Shown: positions 52,395-63,775, counted from the first letter of the stretch. The stretch: 64,000 nt of DNA from an uncultured Candidatus Rokubacteria bacterium (GCA_963747235.1 CAVVEU010000024.1:320001-384000), one strand, 5' to 3'. Program-made: numbers and translations. The notes: generated by a model not told the origin, from the sequence alone.

Positions 52395-52411
52395 CTGGCA
52401 GGGGGCTTGCT
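52395..52411 (+). promoter_or_regulatory. sigma54 promoter upstream of the second receiver gene
   Basis: CTGGCAGGGGGCTTGCT: GG-N10-GC with TGGCA and TTGCT flanks. Confidence 0.65.
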
Positions 52412-52424
52412 CTACTCAGGATGT

Positions 52425-52814
52425 ATGCAGGCGCCCATGCAGACCAAGCGTGTCCTCGTGGTGGATGACCAGACCCCGGTGCGGGAGCTGGTGGCGGCGG
52501 TGCTCGCCTCGGACGGGCACTCGGTGGAAACCGCGCGCGACGGCGCCGACGCCCTCCGGCTGCTCGACTCCGCGAAGCCCTACGACCTGATCGTGAGCGA
52601 TCTCAAGATGCCCGGTCTCGACGGGCCCAGCCTCTACCTCGAGCTGACGCGGCGCTGGCCGGATACGCGCCCGCACCTGCTCTTCATCTCGGGGTTCGTG
52701 GACTCGCCCGAGTACTCGGGCTTCCTCCAGGGCACGCAGGTGCAGGTGCTGCTCAAGCCGTTCGCGGTGGACGAGCTCTCCCGCGCGGTCTACGGTCTCC
52801 TCGGCGAGTCCTAG
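52425..52814 (+). CDS. Stand-alone response regulator receiver
   Basis: VLVVDD, VSDLKMP, ISG, LKPF. Confidence 0.88.
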   Translation: MQAPMQTKRVLVVDDQTPVRELVAAVLASDGHSVETARDGADALRLLDSAKPYDLIVSDLKMPGLDGPSLYLELTRRWPDTRPHLLFISGFVDSPEYSGFLQGTQVQVLLKPFAVDELSRAVYGLLGES

Positions 52815-52841
52815 CCCCTTCTCTCGCGGTATCATGCCGCG

Positions 52842-54648
52842 ATGCCCACCTTCTCCGACGTGCTCCAGGCGCGGCTCTCGCGCCGGAGCCTGCTGACCGG
52901 CGGCCTCTCCGCGGCCGGCCTGGGCTGGCTGGGGCCCGCGGCCTGGGCCAGCCGCCCGCTCGGCTTCACCGGCGTGCCCGTGTCGACGGCCGACACGCTG
53001 GTGGTCCCGCCGGGCTACGTGGCGGAGATCCTCTACGCCTGGGGCGATCCGATCTCCGACGGCCCCGCCTTCAAGCCGGACGCGAGCAACAGCGTGGACG
53101 ATCAGCTCCGGCAAGCCGGCATGCACCACGACGGCATGCGCTTCTTCCCGCTGCCGGCCGGCCAGACCGGCTCGACCCATGGGCTGCTCGCCATCAACCA
53201 CGAGTACACGGACGACGGCCTGCTCCACCCGGACGGCATGCTGACCTGGACCGCCGAGAAGGTGCGGAAGTCGCAGGCGGCGCACGGGATCTCGGTGATC
53301 GAGGTGCGACTGGACGGCAACCGCTGGAGCGTGGTTCGGCCGTCGCGCTACGCGCGCCGGGTCACCGCGGCGACGCCGATGGGGATCACCGGGCCGGCCG
53401 CCGGACACGCGTGGATGCGGACCGCCGCCGATCCGGCCGGCCGCACCGCGCTCGGCACGATGAGCAACTGCGCGATGGGCTACACCCCGTGGGGCACCTA
53501 TCTGACCTGCGAGGAGAACGTCCAGTTCTACTTCGTCAACCGCTCCGACCGACGTGCCCGCGCTCCAGCAGCGCTACGGCATCACCGCGCGGGGCGGCGG
53601 CTACCGCTGGCATGAGTTCGACGAGCGCTTCGATGCCGCGCGCCATCCGAACGAGCCCAATCGCTTCGGCTGGGTCGTCGAGATCGATCCCTTCGACCCG
53701 TCGCGGCCGCCCCTGAAGCGCACCGCGATGGGGCGCTTCAAGCACGAGGGCGCCGCCCTTTCGATCGCGCCGGATCGCCGCGTGGCCTTCTACATGGGCG
53801 ACGACGAGCGCTTCGAGTACGTCTACAAGTTCGTGAGCCGCGACCCGGCCCACCGCGACGCGCTCGAGCACGGCACGCTCTACGCGGCCCGCTTCGACGC
53901 CGACGGCACCGGCGTCTGGCTCGAGCTCGCCCCGGGGCAGAACGGGCTCGACGCGGCCGCCGGGTTCCCGAGCCAGGCCGAGATCTGCATCGCGCCGCGT
54001 CTGGCCGGGGAGGTCGCGGGGGCGACGACGATGGACCGCCCGGAGTGGATCGCGGTGCACCCGCAGACCGGCGAAGCCTACTGCGCGCTCTCCTACAACG
54101 AGACGCGGGGCCAGCCCGGGCGCCCGGGACCGAACCCGGCCAATCCGCGGTCGGCGAACGTGTACGGCCACATCATCCGCTGGCGGGAGCGCGGCGGCGA
54201 TCCGACCGCGACGCGCTTCGAGTGGGACGTCTTCATCCTCTGCGGCGACCCCGCGAGCAAGGGCGACGCCTTCGGCTCGCCGGACGGGCTGTGGGTGGAC
54301 GGGCGCGGCGTGCTGTGGATCCAGACCGACGTGTCCACCCGGCTCCTGCACAAGGGCGACTACGCGGGCATGGGCAACAACCAGATGCTGGCCGCCGATC
54401 CGGTCACGCGGGAGGTGCGGCGCTTCCTCACCGGCCCCCGCGGCTGCGAGGTCACCGGCGCGACCGGCACCCCGGACGGGCGGACGATGTTCGTGAACAT
54501 CCAGCACCCGGGGGAGACGCCGAGCGAGCGGAGCAACCCGGCCACGCCGAAGGGCATCAGCGCCTGGCCGGACGGGCCGAGCGGAGGGCGACCCCGCTCG
54601 GCCACCGTGGTGATCCGCCGCGCCGACGGCGGGCTGATCGGAACCTAG
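52842..54648 (+). CDS. phoX: PhoX-family alkaline phosphatase (DUF839), Tat-exported, frameshift near 53550
   Basis: SRRSLL Tat motif, [46 protein letters not shown]. Confidence 0.92.
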
Positions 54649-57244
54649 ACCGGCTTCGCCTCCACGCGCTTCCGGAACACGATCCGGCCCTGGTCGGCGT
54701 CCACGACCACGGTGTCGCCCTCGCCGTAGGTGCCGCTCAGCAGCTCGAGGGCCAGCGGATCCTGGATCATGCGCTGGATGGTCCGCTTGAGCGGCCGCGC
54801 CCCGTAGACCGGGTCGTAGCCCTCCTGGGCCAGCAGGGCCTTGGCCGCCGCGGTCAGCTCGAGCGTGATGCGCTTGTCGGCCAGCCGCTTGACCAGGTGC
54901 CGCGCCTGGATCTCCACGATCGAGCCGATCTCCTCGCGGCCGAGCGGCTGGAAGATCACCGTCTCGTCGATGCGGTTCAGGAACTCGGGCCGCAGGGCCT
55001 GCTTGAGCAGGTCGAGGATCAGCCCGCGCACCCGGGCGGGATCCTTCTCCTCGCGGAAGAACTGGCTCCCGAGGTTCGACGTCATGATGACCACCGTGTT
55101 GCGGAAGTCCACCGTGCGGCCCTGGCCGTCGGTGAGGCGGCCGTCGTCGAGGAGCTGCAGCAGCACGTTGAAGACGTCGCCGTGGGCCTTCTCGATCTCG
55201 TCGAAGAGCACCACGGAGTAGGGGCGCCGCCGCACCGCCTCGGTGAGCTGGCCGCCCTCGTCGTAGCCCACGTAGCCCGGGGGGGCGCCGATGAGCCGCG
55301 CCACCGTGTGCTTCTCCAGGTACTCGGACATGTCGATGCGGATCATGGCCCGCTCGTCGTCGAACATGAACTCGGCGAGCGCCCGCGCCAGCTCGGTCTT
55401 GCCCACGCCGGTGGGGCCCAGGAACAGGAACGAGCCGATCGGCCGGTTCGGGTCCGAGAGCCCGGAGCGCGCGCGCCGGACCGCGTTGGAGACGGCCACG
55501 ATGGCCTCGCGCTGGCCCACGACCCGCTCGGCCAGGCGCTCCTCCATCTTCACGAGCTTCTGCGACCTCGGCCTCGAGCAGCCGCGTGACCGGGATGCCG
55601 GTCCACTTGGCCACCACGCCGGCCACGTCCTCCTCGTCCACCTCTTCCTTCAGCATGCGGCCGCTCTTCTGCATCTCGGCCAGGCGGGCGTTCTCGGCGG
55701 TGAGCCGCTTGTCGAGCTCCATGAGCGTGCCGTAGCGCAGCTCCGCCGCCTTCTGCAGATCGCCCCGCCGCTCGGCGTCGGCCATGGCCGCGCGGGCGGC
55801 CTCCGCGTCCTCCTTGGTCTTGCCGATGGTCATGATCGCGGCCTTCTCGGCCTGCCACTGGTTCTTGAGCCGCGCCGACTTCTCGCGCAGCTCGGCCAGC
55901 TCCGCGTCCAGGCGCGCCAGCCGCTCGCGCGAGACCTCGTCGGACTCGCGGGCCACCGACACCCGCTCGATCTCGAGCTGCATGATGCGCCGCTGGGTCT
56001 CGTCGAGCTCGGCGGGCATCGAGTCGATCTCGATGCGGAGCTTCGAGGCGGCCTCGTCGATCAGGTCGATGGCCTTGTCGGGCAGGAACCGGTCCGCGAT
56101 GTAGCGGTGCGAGAGCACCGCGGCCGCGACCAGGGCCGCGTCCTTGATCTTGACCTTGTGGTGGACCTCGTACTTCTCCTTGAGGCCGCGCAGGATCGCG
56201 ATGGTGTCCTCCACCGAGGGCTCGCGCACCAGCACCGGCTGGAAGCGGCGCTCCAGCGCGGGGTCCTTCTCGATGTGCTTGCGGTACTCGTCGAGCGTGG
56301 TGGCGCCCACGCAGCGCAGCTCGCCGCGGGCCAGCGCCGGCTTCAGCATGTTGGCCGCGTCCACCGCGCCCTCGGCCGCGCCCGCGCCCACCAGGGTGTG
56401 CAGCTCGTCGATGAAGCAGATGATCTCGCCGTTGGACTCGGTGATCTCGCGCAGCACCGCCTTCAGGCGGTCCTCGAACTCGCCGCGGTACTTGGAGCCC
56501 GCGACCATGGCCCCGATGTCCACCGCCACCAGCCGCTTGTTCTTGAGCCCCTCGGGCACGTCGCCGGCGACGATGCGCTGGGCGAGCCCTTCCACGATGG
56601 CGGTCTTGCCCACGCCGGGCTCGCCGATCAGCACCGGGTTGTTCTTGGTCCGGCGCGAGAGCACCTGGATCACGCGGCGGATCTCCTCGTCGCGCCCGAT
56701 GACCGGGTCGAGCTTGCCCTTGCGGGCCAGCTCGGTCAGGTCCTTCGAGTAGCGCTGGAGCGCCTGGTACTTGTCCTCGGGATTGGGATCGGTCACGCGC
56801 TGCGTGCCGCGCACGTCCACCAGCGAGCGGTAGATGGCCTCCGCGCTCACCCCCGCGGCCGGCGAGCAGGCGCCCGGTGGCGCCGCCCTTCTCCTGGGCG
56901 ATGGCGATCAGCAGGTGCTCGGTCGAGACGTACTCGTCCTTGAGCCGCTCCGCCTCCTCCCACGCGCGATTGATCACGCCCTCGAAGCGCTGGGAGGCGT
57001 ACTGCTTCCCGGCCCCGCCGCGCACCGCGGGGAGCTTCTCGATCTCGGTCTGCACCTGCCGCGCGAGCGCCTCCGGGCGCGCGCCCAGCTTGGCGAGCAG
57101 CGGTCCCACCACGCCCTCCTGCTGCTGCAGCAGCGCCTGCAGCAGGTGCTCGGGCTCGACGGCCTGATGGCTGCCCTGGTCGGCCAGCGATTGCGCGGCC
57201 TGGATGGCTTCCTGGGCCTTGACGGTCAGCTTGTCCAGTCTCAT
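54645..57244 (-). CDS. clpB: ATP-dependent chaperone ClpB, in three frames due to indels near 56860 and 55565
   Basis: [22 protein letters not shown]-domain, [22 protein letters not shown]. Confidence 0.95.
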
Positions 57245-57245
57245 T

Positions 57246-58299
57246 TCAGTTGCTCTCCGGTCTGAGCTTCTTCAGCTCCTGGAATAGCTCTTTCTCTCTC
57301 GGGCTGAGCCCGGTCGGTATCGTGATCTGCACCCGCACGAACTGGTCGCCGGCGCCGCCCCCCTTGAGACGCGGCATGCCGTACCCGGGGAGCCGGAACG
57401 TCTTGCCGCTCGACGTCTCCGCCGGGATCTTCATGGACACCTGCCCCTTGAGCGTGGGCACCGAGACCTCGCCGCCCAGCGCGGCGACCGGCACGGGCAC
57501 CGGCAGGTCCGCGTGGAGATCGTCGCCCTTGCGCTCGAAGCGCGGGTGCGGCGCCACCGTCACGCGCAGGTAGAGATCACCGCGGGAGGCGCGCTCGCCC
57601 GAGCCGCCGCCGACGCCCTCGGACGCCATGCGGACGCGCGAGCCGGTGTCCACGCCCGCCGGGATCTTCACCTCCAGGTTCCGCGTGCTCTTGGTCCAGC
57701 CGCCGCCCCGGCATCGCGGGCAGGGGCGCCGGTTGACGTTGCCGGAGCCGCCGCACTCCGGGCACGGCTCGTCGAGCTCGAGCGAGATCGTCTTCTTCGC
57801 CCCCTGGAAGGCCTCCTCGAGCGTGAGCTCGATGGCCGCTTCCACGTCGCTGCCGCGGCTCACCGGGCCGAAGCCGCCGCCCAGGTCGCCCAGGTCCGAG
57901 AACTCGTACTCGGTCGCGCCGGCGCCGGCCTGGGCGCGGCGGAAGCCGCCCAGGTCCGAGAAGATCGTGCGGAAGAAATCCGAGAAGCCGCCCGCGTCGC
58001 CTTCCTGGGTGAAGCGGACGTTACTGGCCGCCGGGGCGGCCCTCGAAGGGCGAGCGCCCGGCCCCCGCGCCGGCCTGGGCATAGCGCTCCCAGTCGGGCC
58101 CGAGGGTGTCGTAGCGCTTCCGCTTCTCGGGGTCCCCGAGAACCGTGTAGGCCTCGCTGATCTCCTTGAAGCGGTCGGCCTTGCCCTTGTTGACGTCGGG
58201 ATGGTGCTTGCGGGCGAGCCGGCGGTAGGCGGTCTTGATCGCCTTGTCGTCGGCCGTCCGCTCGATGCCGAGCGTCTTGTAGTAGTCCTTGAATTCCAT
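57246..58299 (-). CDS. DnaJ/CbpA-like co-chaperone with a partial zinc finger, frameshift near 58025
   Basis: [20 protein letters not shown], two CxxCxGxG repeats, VKIPAGV, GDLYL; directly upstream of clpB. Confidence 0.88.
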
Positions 58300-58304
58300 A
58301 GGGT

Positions 58305-58338
58305 TAGACGACGAGGAGGCGTCGCCTCGCGTCGCCTA
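58305..58338 (-). other. Long hairpin forming essentially the whole 5' UTR of dnaJ2-clpB
   Basis: mRNA UAGGCGACG-C-GAGGC-GAC-GCCUC-CU-CGUCGUCUA, ending 5 nt before AUG. Confidence 0.6.
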
Positions 58339-58343
58339 CGAGA

Positions 58344-58358
58344 AGTGTAGCAGACGGT
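58344..58358 (-). promoter_or_regulatory. Extended -10 promoter of dnaJ2-clpB
   Basis: ACCGTCTGCTACACT (TGn-TACACT). Confidence 0.65.
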
Positions 58359-58397
58359 CGGCCGGTTGGCTGGGAACGGGACTACAATAGGCGCGCC

Positions 58398-60481
58398 GTG
58401 ACGACCCGGACCTGCACGCTCGCCATCGACGTAGGCGGGACCTTCACCGACATCACGTTCACCGACGCCGCCACCGGCGCGCTCTGGGTCGCCAAGACGC
58501 CGTCCACGCCGGGCGATCTCTCGACCGGCTTCATCACCGCGGTGCGCAAGGTGCTGGCCCTGGCCGGCCGCGCCCCGGCCGACGTGCTGCGCGTCTTCCA
58601 CGGCACCACCACCGCGACCAACGCCATCCTCGAGGGCAAGACGCCGCCCACCGCGCTGGTGACCACGGCCGGCTTCAAGTACGTGCTCGAGATCGGCCGC
58701 CACGACATCCCGCGCCACGGCAATCTCTACGGCTGGTCCAAGCCCACGCGGCCGATCACCCCGGAGCGCGTGTTCGAGGTGGACGAGCGGCTCGACGTGG
58801 ACGGCTCGGTGCTGCGCCCGCTGGACGAGCCCGGCGCGCGCGCCCTGGCCCGCCAGCTCGCCCAGATGGGCGTGCCCGCGGTCGCGGTGGTCTTCCTGCA
58901 CGCCTACGCCAACCCCGCGCACGAGCAGCGCATGCAGGCGATCCTGGCCGAGGAGTACCCGGGCGTGCTCGTGTCGCTGTCCTCCGAGGTGCTGCCCCAG
59001 TTCCGCGAGTTCGAGCGGACCATGGCGACCGCGCTCAACGCGGCGGTGATGCCGCCGGTGAGCCGCTACGTGAGCGTGCTGCGCCAGGCGCTGGACGCGC
59101 GAGGGCCTGCAGGCGCCGCTGCTCATCATGAAGTCGGACGGCGGCGTCACCAGCGCGGCCACCTGCGTGCGCCAGCCGGTGCAGACCGTGCTGTCGGGCC
59201 CCGCCGCGGGCGTCGTCGGCGCGGTGTCGGTCGGGCGCTCGGCCGGCTTCGGCGACATCATCTCGATCGACGTCGGCGGCACCAGCGCCGACATCTGCCT
59301 GGTGCGCGACGGGCGGCCCGAGGTCACCAAGGACGGCATGATCGGGCCGTTCCCGCTCAAGCTGCCCATCGTGGACATCCACACGATCGGCGCGGGCGGC
59401 GGGAGCATCGCCGCGGTGACCAGCGCGGGCCGTCTCACGGTGGGGCCGCGCAGCGCGGGCGCCGAGCCCGGGCCCGTCTGCTATCGCCGCGGCGGGAGCG
59501 AGCCGACCGTGACCGACGCGCATCTGGTGCTGGGCCGCATCCCGGCCGCCCTGCTCGGCGGCGAGCTGCCGCTCGACGTGCCGGCGGCGCGCGAGGCCAT
59601 CACGGCGCGCATCGGCCGCCCGCTTGAGCCTGGGCGTCGAGGAAGCGGCGGCCGGCGTCGTCGAGATCGTGGACAACACCATGGCACGCGCCATCCGCAC
59701 CGTGTCGGTGGGACGCGGCCACGACCCGCGGCGCTTCGCGCTGGTGGCCTTCGGCGGCGCGGGGCCGCTCCACGCCTGCCGCCTGGCCGAGCTGCTCGAG
59801 ATCCCGACCGTGATCATCCCGGCGCGGCCGGGCGTGCTGTCCACCTGGGGTCTGCTCGACACCGACATCCGCTCGACCTTCGTGCGCACCGCGGGCACCG
59901 GGGCGCGCCGGCTGGCCGAGGCGGCTCGCGGAGTGGCGGAGCTCGAGGGCGCCTGGATGGAGCTCGAGCGCCAGGCCCAGGCCTGGCTCGCGGGCGAGCA
60001 GGTGCCGAGCGAGCGGCAACGCTTCGAGCGCGGCGCGGACCTGCGGTACGAGCACCAGAGCTTCGAGCTGACCTGCCCGCTCGGGGACGGCCCGCTGACC
60101 GCGGCCCGGCTCGCGCAGCTCGTCGCGACGTTCCACGCCGAGCACCGGCGGCTCTACAGCTACGACCTGCCCAACGCGCCGGTGGAGCTGGTGAACCTGC
60201 GGCTCACCGCGGTGGGCACGCTGCCGCACGGCGAGCGGACCCTCCCCGTGACCGGCGGGGGCACGCTGGCCGCCGCGATCACCGGTCACCGCCCGGTCTA
60301 CTTCCGCGGCGCGGGCTTCGTCTCCACGCCCTGCTACGCGCGGGGCGGCCTGGCGCCGGGCATGACCTTCGAGGGCCCGGCCATCATCGAGCAGGACGAC
60401 GCCACCCCGCTGGTGGCGCCGGGCTTCCGCGCCCGCGTCGACGACGCGCACAATATCCTCCTGGAGCGCTCCCATGCCTGA
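58398..60481 (+). CDS. Hydantoinase/oxoprolinase subunit A (ATP-binding), indels near 59100 and 59620
   Basis: IDVGGTFTD, HGTTTATNA, REFERT, SGPAAG, DVGGTS, IGAGGGS, PTVTDA, FGGAGPLH. Confidence 0.9.
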
Positions 60482-62303
60482 GTCCGTCCCGCCGCGCGTC
60501 GATCCGATCACGCTCGAGATCATCCGCGGCAGCCTCGCCTCCGCGATCCGCGACATGGAGCTCCTGATGGAGCGCTGCGCGATGTCGCCCTTCATCAAGG
60601 AGAAGAAGGACTACTTCGTCGGCATCTTCGACACGCGGGGCCGCATCGTGGCCTGCCACATCTCGGGCAGCGGGCCCGGCATGCTGCAGCCCATCTTGAA
60701 GCTCTACCCGCTCGAGACCATGCGGCCGGGCGACGTCTACTGGTTCAACGACCCGTACATCTCGGACGGCGCCGTCCAGCACCACCAGGACATGGTCTTC
60801 ACGGTGCCGGTCTTCCACGCGGGACGCCCGGTGGCCTTCGCCACCACGTTCGGCCACTACCAGGACATCGGTGGGCTGCGCGCCGGCTCGATCTCGCCCC
60901 ACGCCACCGAGATCTACCACGAGGGCGTCCTCGTGCCCCCCGTGCGAATCGTTCGCGAGGGCCAGCTCAACGAGGAGGCGTACCGGATCTTCCTCCGCAA
61001 CTCGCGCCTGCCCGACCTGGTGGAGGGCGACACGCGCGCCATGATGGCCTCCTGCCACCTGGCCGAGACCCGGCTGGGCGAGCTCTGCGCCCGCTACGGG
61101 GTGGAGACGCTGCTGGCCGCCTTCGACGAGTGCATCGCCCAGACCGCGGCGCGGGCGCGCGAGCTGTTCCTGGAGCTGGTGCCGCCGGGGGAGTGGCGCT
61201 TCCACGACTTCCTCGACAGCGACGGCGGGGCCGAGGCCCGGCCCTATCGCATCGACCTGACGCTGACGCGCGCGGGCGATCACGTGCGGCTCGACGGCTC
61301 GAACTCCGACGACCAGGCGCGCGGCCCGATCAACTTCACGACGAACCCGGGGCTGCTCCGCATCGCGTTCGGGCGCTATCTGCAGTCGCTCGACCCCGAT
61401 CTCGAGGTCAACGAGGGGCTGCTCCACAATCTCGACGAGTGGATCGCCCGCGAGGGCAGCATTCTCAAGCCGCGCTTCCCGGCGCCGCTCGGCATGCGCG
61501 CCAACACGCGCTTCCGGGTGATGTCGTGCATCTTCGGCACGCTCGCCCAGGCCAATGGCGGCCGCGTGCCCGCCGGCTCGCCGGTCTACGTCCTCTACTA
61601 CTTCCGGTCCTGGGACGCGGCCCGCCAGCGGCCGATCCTCTGCATCGAGGGGCTCGGGGTCGGGCTCGGGGCGCGGCCGTTCGCGGACGGGGTGGACGTC
61701 ATCTACTACATCGCCCAGGAGAACTACCCGGTGGAGTACGTGGAGCGCGACTTCCCGCTCCGGGTGGAGCGCTACGCGGTGCGCCCGGACTCGGGCGGGC
61801 CGGGCGTGCAGCGCGGCGGCACCGGCGTGGTGCGCGACGTGCGCGTGCTGGCCGAGCGCGCCGAGCTGGCCACGCGGATGGAGAACACGGTGGTCGCGCC
61901 CTACGGGGTGGCGGGCGGCGGCGCGGGCCGGACCGGGCGCATCACGCTCAACCCGGGCACGCCGGAGGCGCGGGTGCTGCCCGCGCTGGGCGACGCGATC
62001 GTCCTGAAGCGCGGCGACCTGCTGCGCTTCGAGACCTGCGGCGGCGGCGGCTGGGGCGATCCGCTCGCCCGCGAGCCGGAGCGCGTGCGCCAGGACGTGG
62101 CGCGGGGCTTCATCACGCCGCGTGGCGCGCTCGAGGACTATGGCGTGGTGGTGGACGCGGCCACGCTCGAGGTGGACAAGACGGCCACCCAGGAGGAGCG
62201 CGCGCGTCGCGCCCACGATCTGCCGTTGATCGATCGCGGGCCCGGCTTCGCGCAGGCCGAGGAGCGCTGGCGGGGATTCCGGAGCGCGGAGGCGTCATCA
62301 TGA
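60474..62303 (+). CDS. Hydantoinase B/oxoprolinase subunit
   Basis: DPITLEII, NDPY..G..H, H..DIGG..GS, EIYHEG, DSGGPG..RGG, GGGGWGDP. Confidence 0.9.
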   Translation: MPESVPPRVDPITLEIIRGSLASAIRDMELLMERCAMSPFIKEKKDYFVGIFDTRGRIVACHISGSGPGMLQPILKLYPLETMRPGDVYWFNDPYISDGAVQHHQDMVFTVPVFHAGRPVAFATTFGHYQDIGGLRAGSISPHATEIYHEGVLVPPVRIVREGQLNEEAYRIFLRNSRLPDLVEGDTRAMMASCHLAETRLGELCARYGVETLLAAFDECIAQTAARARELFLELVPPGEWRFHDFLDSDGGAEARPYRIDLTLTRAGDHVRLDGSNSDDQARGPINFTTNPGLLRIAFGRYLQSLDPDLEVNEGLLHNLDEWIAREGSILKPRFPAPLGMRANTRFRVMSCIFGTLAQANGGRVPAGSPVYVLYYFRSWDAARQRPILCIEGLGVGLGARPFADGVDVIYYIAQENYPVEYVERDFPLRVERYAVRPDSGGPGVQRGGTGVVRDVRVLAERAELATRMENTVVAPYGVAGGGAGRTGRITLNPGTPEARVLPALGDAIVLKRGDLLRFETCGGGGWGDPLAREPERVRQDVARGFITPRGALEDYGVVVDAATLEVDKTATQEERARRAHDLPLIDRGPGFAQAEERWRGFRSAEASS

Positions 62304-63406
62304 AGAGCGTCGAGATCGATCGCGGCAAGCGGCTGATCGAGCAGCCCGGGACCGGGCACAACCGGTGGCACCCGGACGTCCCGCCCATCCTGGAAGTCGC
62401 CGAGGGCGAGGAGGTCGTGCTCGAGACCCGCGACGGCGTGGATGGCCAGCTCGGGCCCACCACCACCGCGGCGAGCATGGCCACGATGGACGCGGGCGCC
62501 ATCCACCCGATCACGGGGCCGGTGCTCGTGAAGGGCGCCCGGCCGGGCGATCTCCTCGAGATCGAGTTCGTGGACATCCTGCCGCAGCCCCACGCCTTCA
62601 CCGGCATCGTGCCGGGACTCGGCTTCCTGCGCGATCTCTACACGGTGCCGTATCTCGTGCACTGGAGCATCGCCGACGGCTGGGCCACCTCGAAGGAGCT
62701 GCCCGGGGTGCGCATTCCCGGCGCGTCCTTCATGGGCGTGATCGGCGTGGCGCCGTCGCACGCGCAGGTGGCCGCCTGGGCCCGGCGCGAGCAGGACCTG
62801 CTGAGCCGCGGCGGCCTCGTCATGACGCCCGACGCGGCGGGCGCGGTGCCCGGCACGGGCGCGGCGGCCACCCACGGCCTGCGCACGATCCCGCCGCGCG
62901 AGAACGGCGGCAACATGGACGTCAAGCAGATCACCAAGGGCGCGACGCTCCAGCTCCCGGTCGCGGTGGAGGGCGCGCTGTTCTCGGTGGGCGACGGCCA
63001 CTTCGCCCAGGGCGACGGCGAGGTGTGCGTGACCGCGGTCGAGATGGGCGCCACCGCGGTGGTCAAGTTCAAGGTGATCCGCGGCGCGGGCAAGACGCTG
63101 GCGCGCGGCCCGCGCTTCCGGCACCGCGACTACTTCGCCCCGCCGGAGTGGGCCGCGCCGAAGCGCTTCCTGGCCGCCACCGGCATGCCGATCCGCGACG
63201 ACGGCGTGAACGAGGGCGAGAACCTCACCCTGGCCTGCCGCAACGCGCTGCTCAACATGATCGACCTGCTGCAGGAGCGCGGCTTCACGCGCGAGCAGGC
63301 CTACGTCATCTCGAGCGTGGCGGTGGACCTGCGGGTGAGCAACGTGGTGGACGTGCCGAACTACGTGGTCACCGCGCTCATCCCCGAGGGGATCTTCGAC
63401 CGCTGA
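62300..63406 (+). CDS. Acetamidase/formamidase (FmdA/AmdA family)
   Basis: GHNRWHPD, HPITGP, PPRENGGNMD, GDGHFAQGDGEV, NVVDVPN; ATGA-coupled to the hydantoinase B gene. Confidence 0.9.
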   Translation: MKSVEIDRGKRLIEQPGTGHNRWHPDVPPILEVAEGEEVVLETRDGVDGQLGPTTTAASMATMDAGAIHPITGPVLVKGARPGDLLEIEFVDILPQPHAFTGIVPGLGFLRDLYTVPYLVHWSIADGWATSKELPGVRIPGASFMGVIGVAPSHAQVAAWARREQDLLSRGGLVMTPDAAGAVPGTGAAATHGLRTIPPRENGGNMDVKQITKGATLQLPVAVEGALFSVGDGHFAQGDGEVCVTAVEMGATAVVKFKVIRGAGKTLARGPRFRHRDYFAPPEWAAPKRFLAATGMPIRDDGVNEGENLTLACRNALLNMIDLLQERGFTREQAYVISSVAVDLRVSNVVDVPNYVVTALIPEGIFDR

Positions 63407-63775
63407 GGCCGGCGCGAGCAGGATGGTCGGGATCGCGAGCTGGATGTCGGTGACGTGCATCAGGACGTCGTCGGTGCGCCGGCCCACGTAGCCCGCGACG
63501 AGGCCGACGAGCACGCCGAGCGGGCACGACAGGCCCACCGCGATCACCCCGATCAGGAGCGAGATCCGCGCGCCGTGGATCAGGCGGCTCAGGATGTCGC
63601 GGCCGACCTCGTCGGTGCCGAGCACGTGCCCGGGAATGCCCGGCGGCTGCAGCCGCTTCAGGATGTCCTGCTCGTTCGGCCCGTACGGGGCGAGGCCGCT
63701 CCGCGAAGACGGCGGCGAGCCAGGATGAGCGCCGAGCGTGGCCGCGGAGAGCCAGAACACCGGATCGCGCCGCAT
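63407..63775 (-). pseudogene. Truncated peptide/nickel ABC permease (DppC-like), N-terminal half only
   Basis: HVLGTDEVGRDILSRLIHGARISL...GLVAGY..DDVLM..TDIQLAIPTILLA, then runs straight into the formamidase 3' end; no EAA loop. Confidence 0.7.

Noticed and set aside
52815-52841. Pho box upstream of phoX
   Set aside because: No CTGTCAT-like 11-bp direct repeats are visible in the 27-bp gap.
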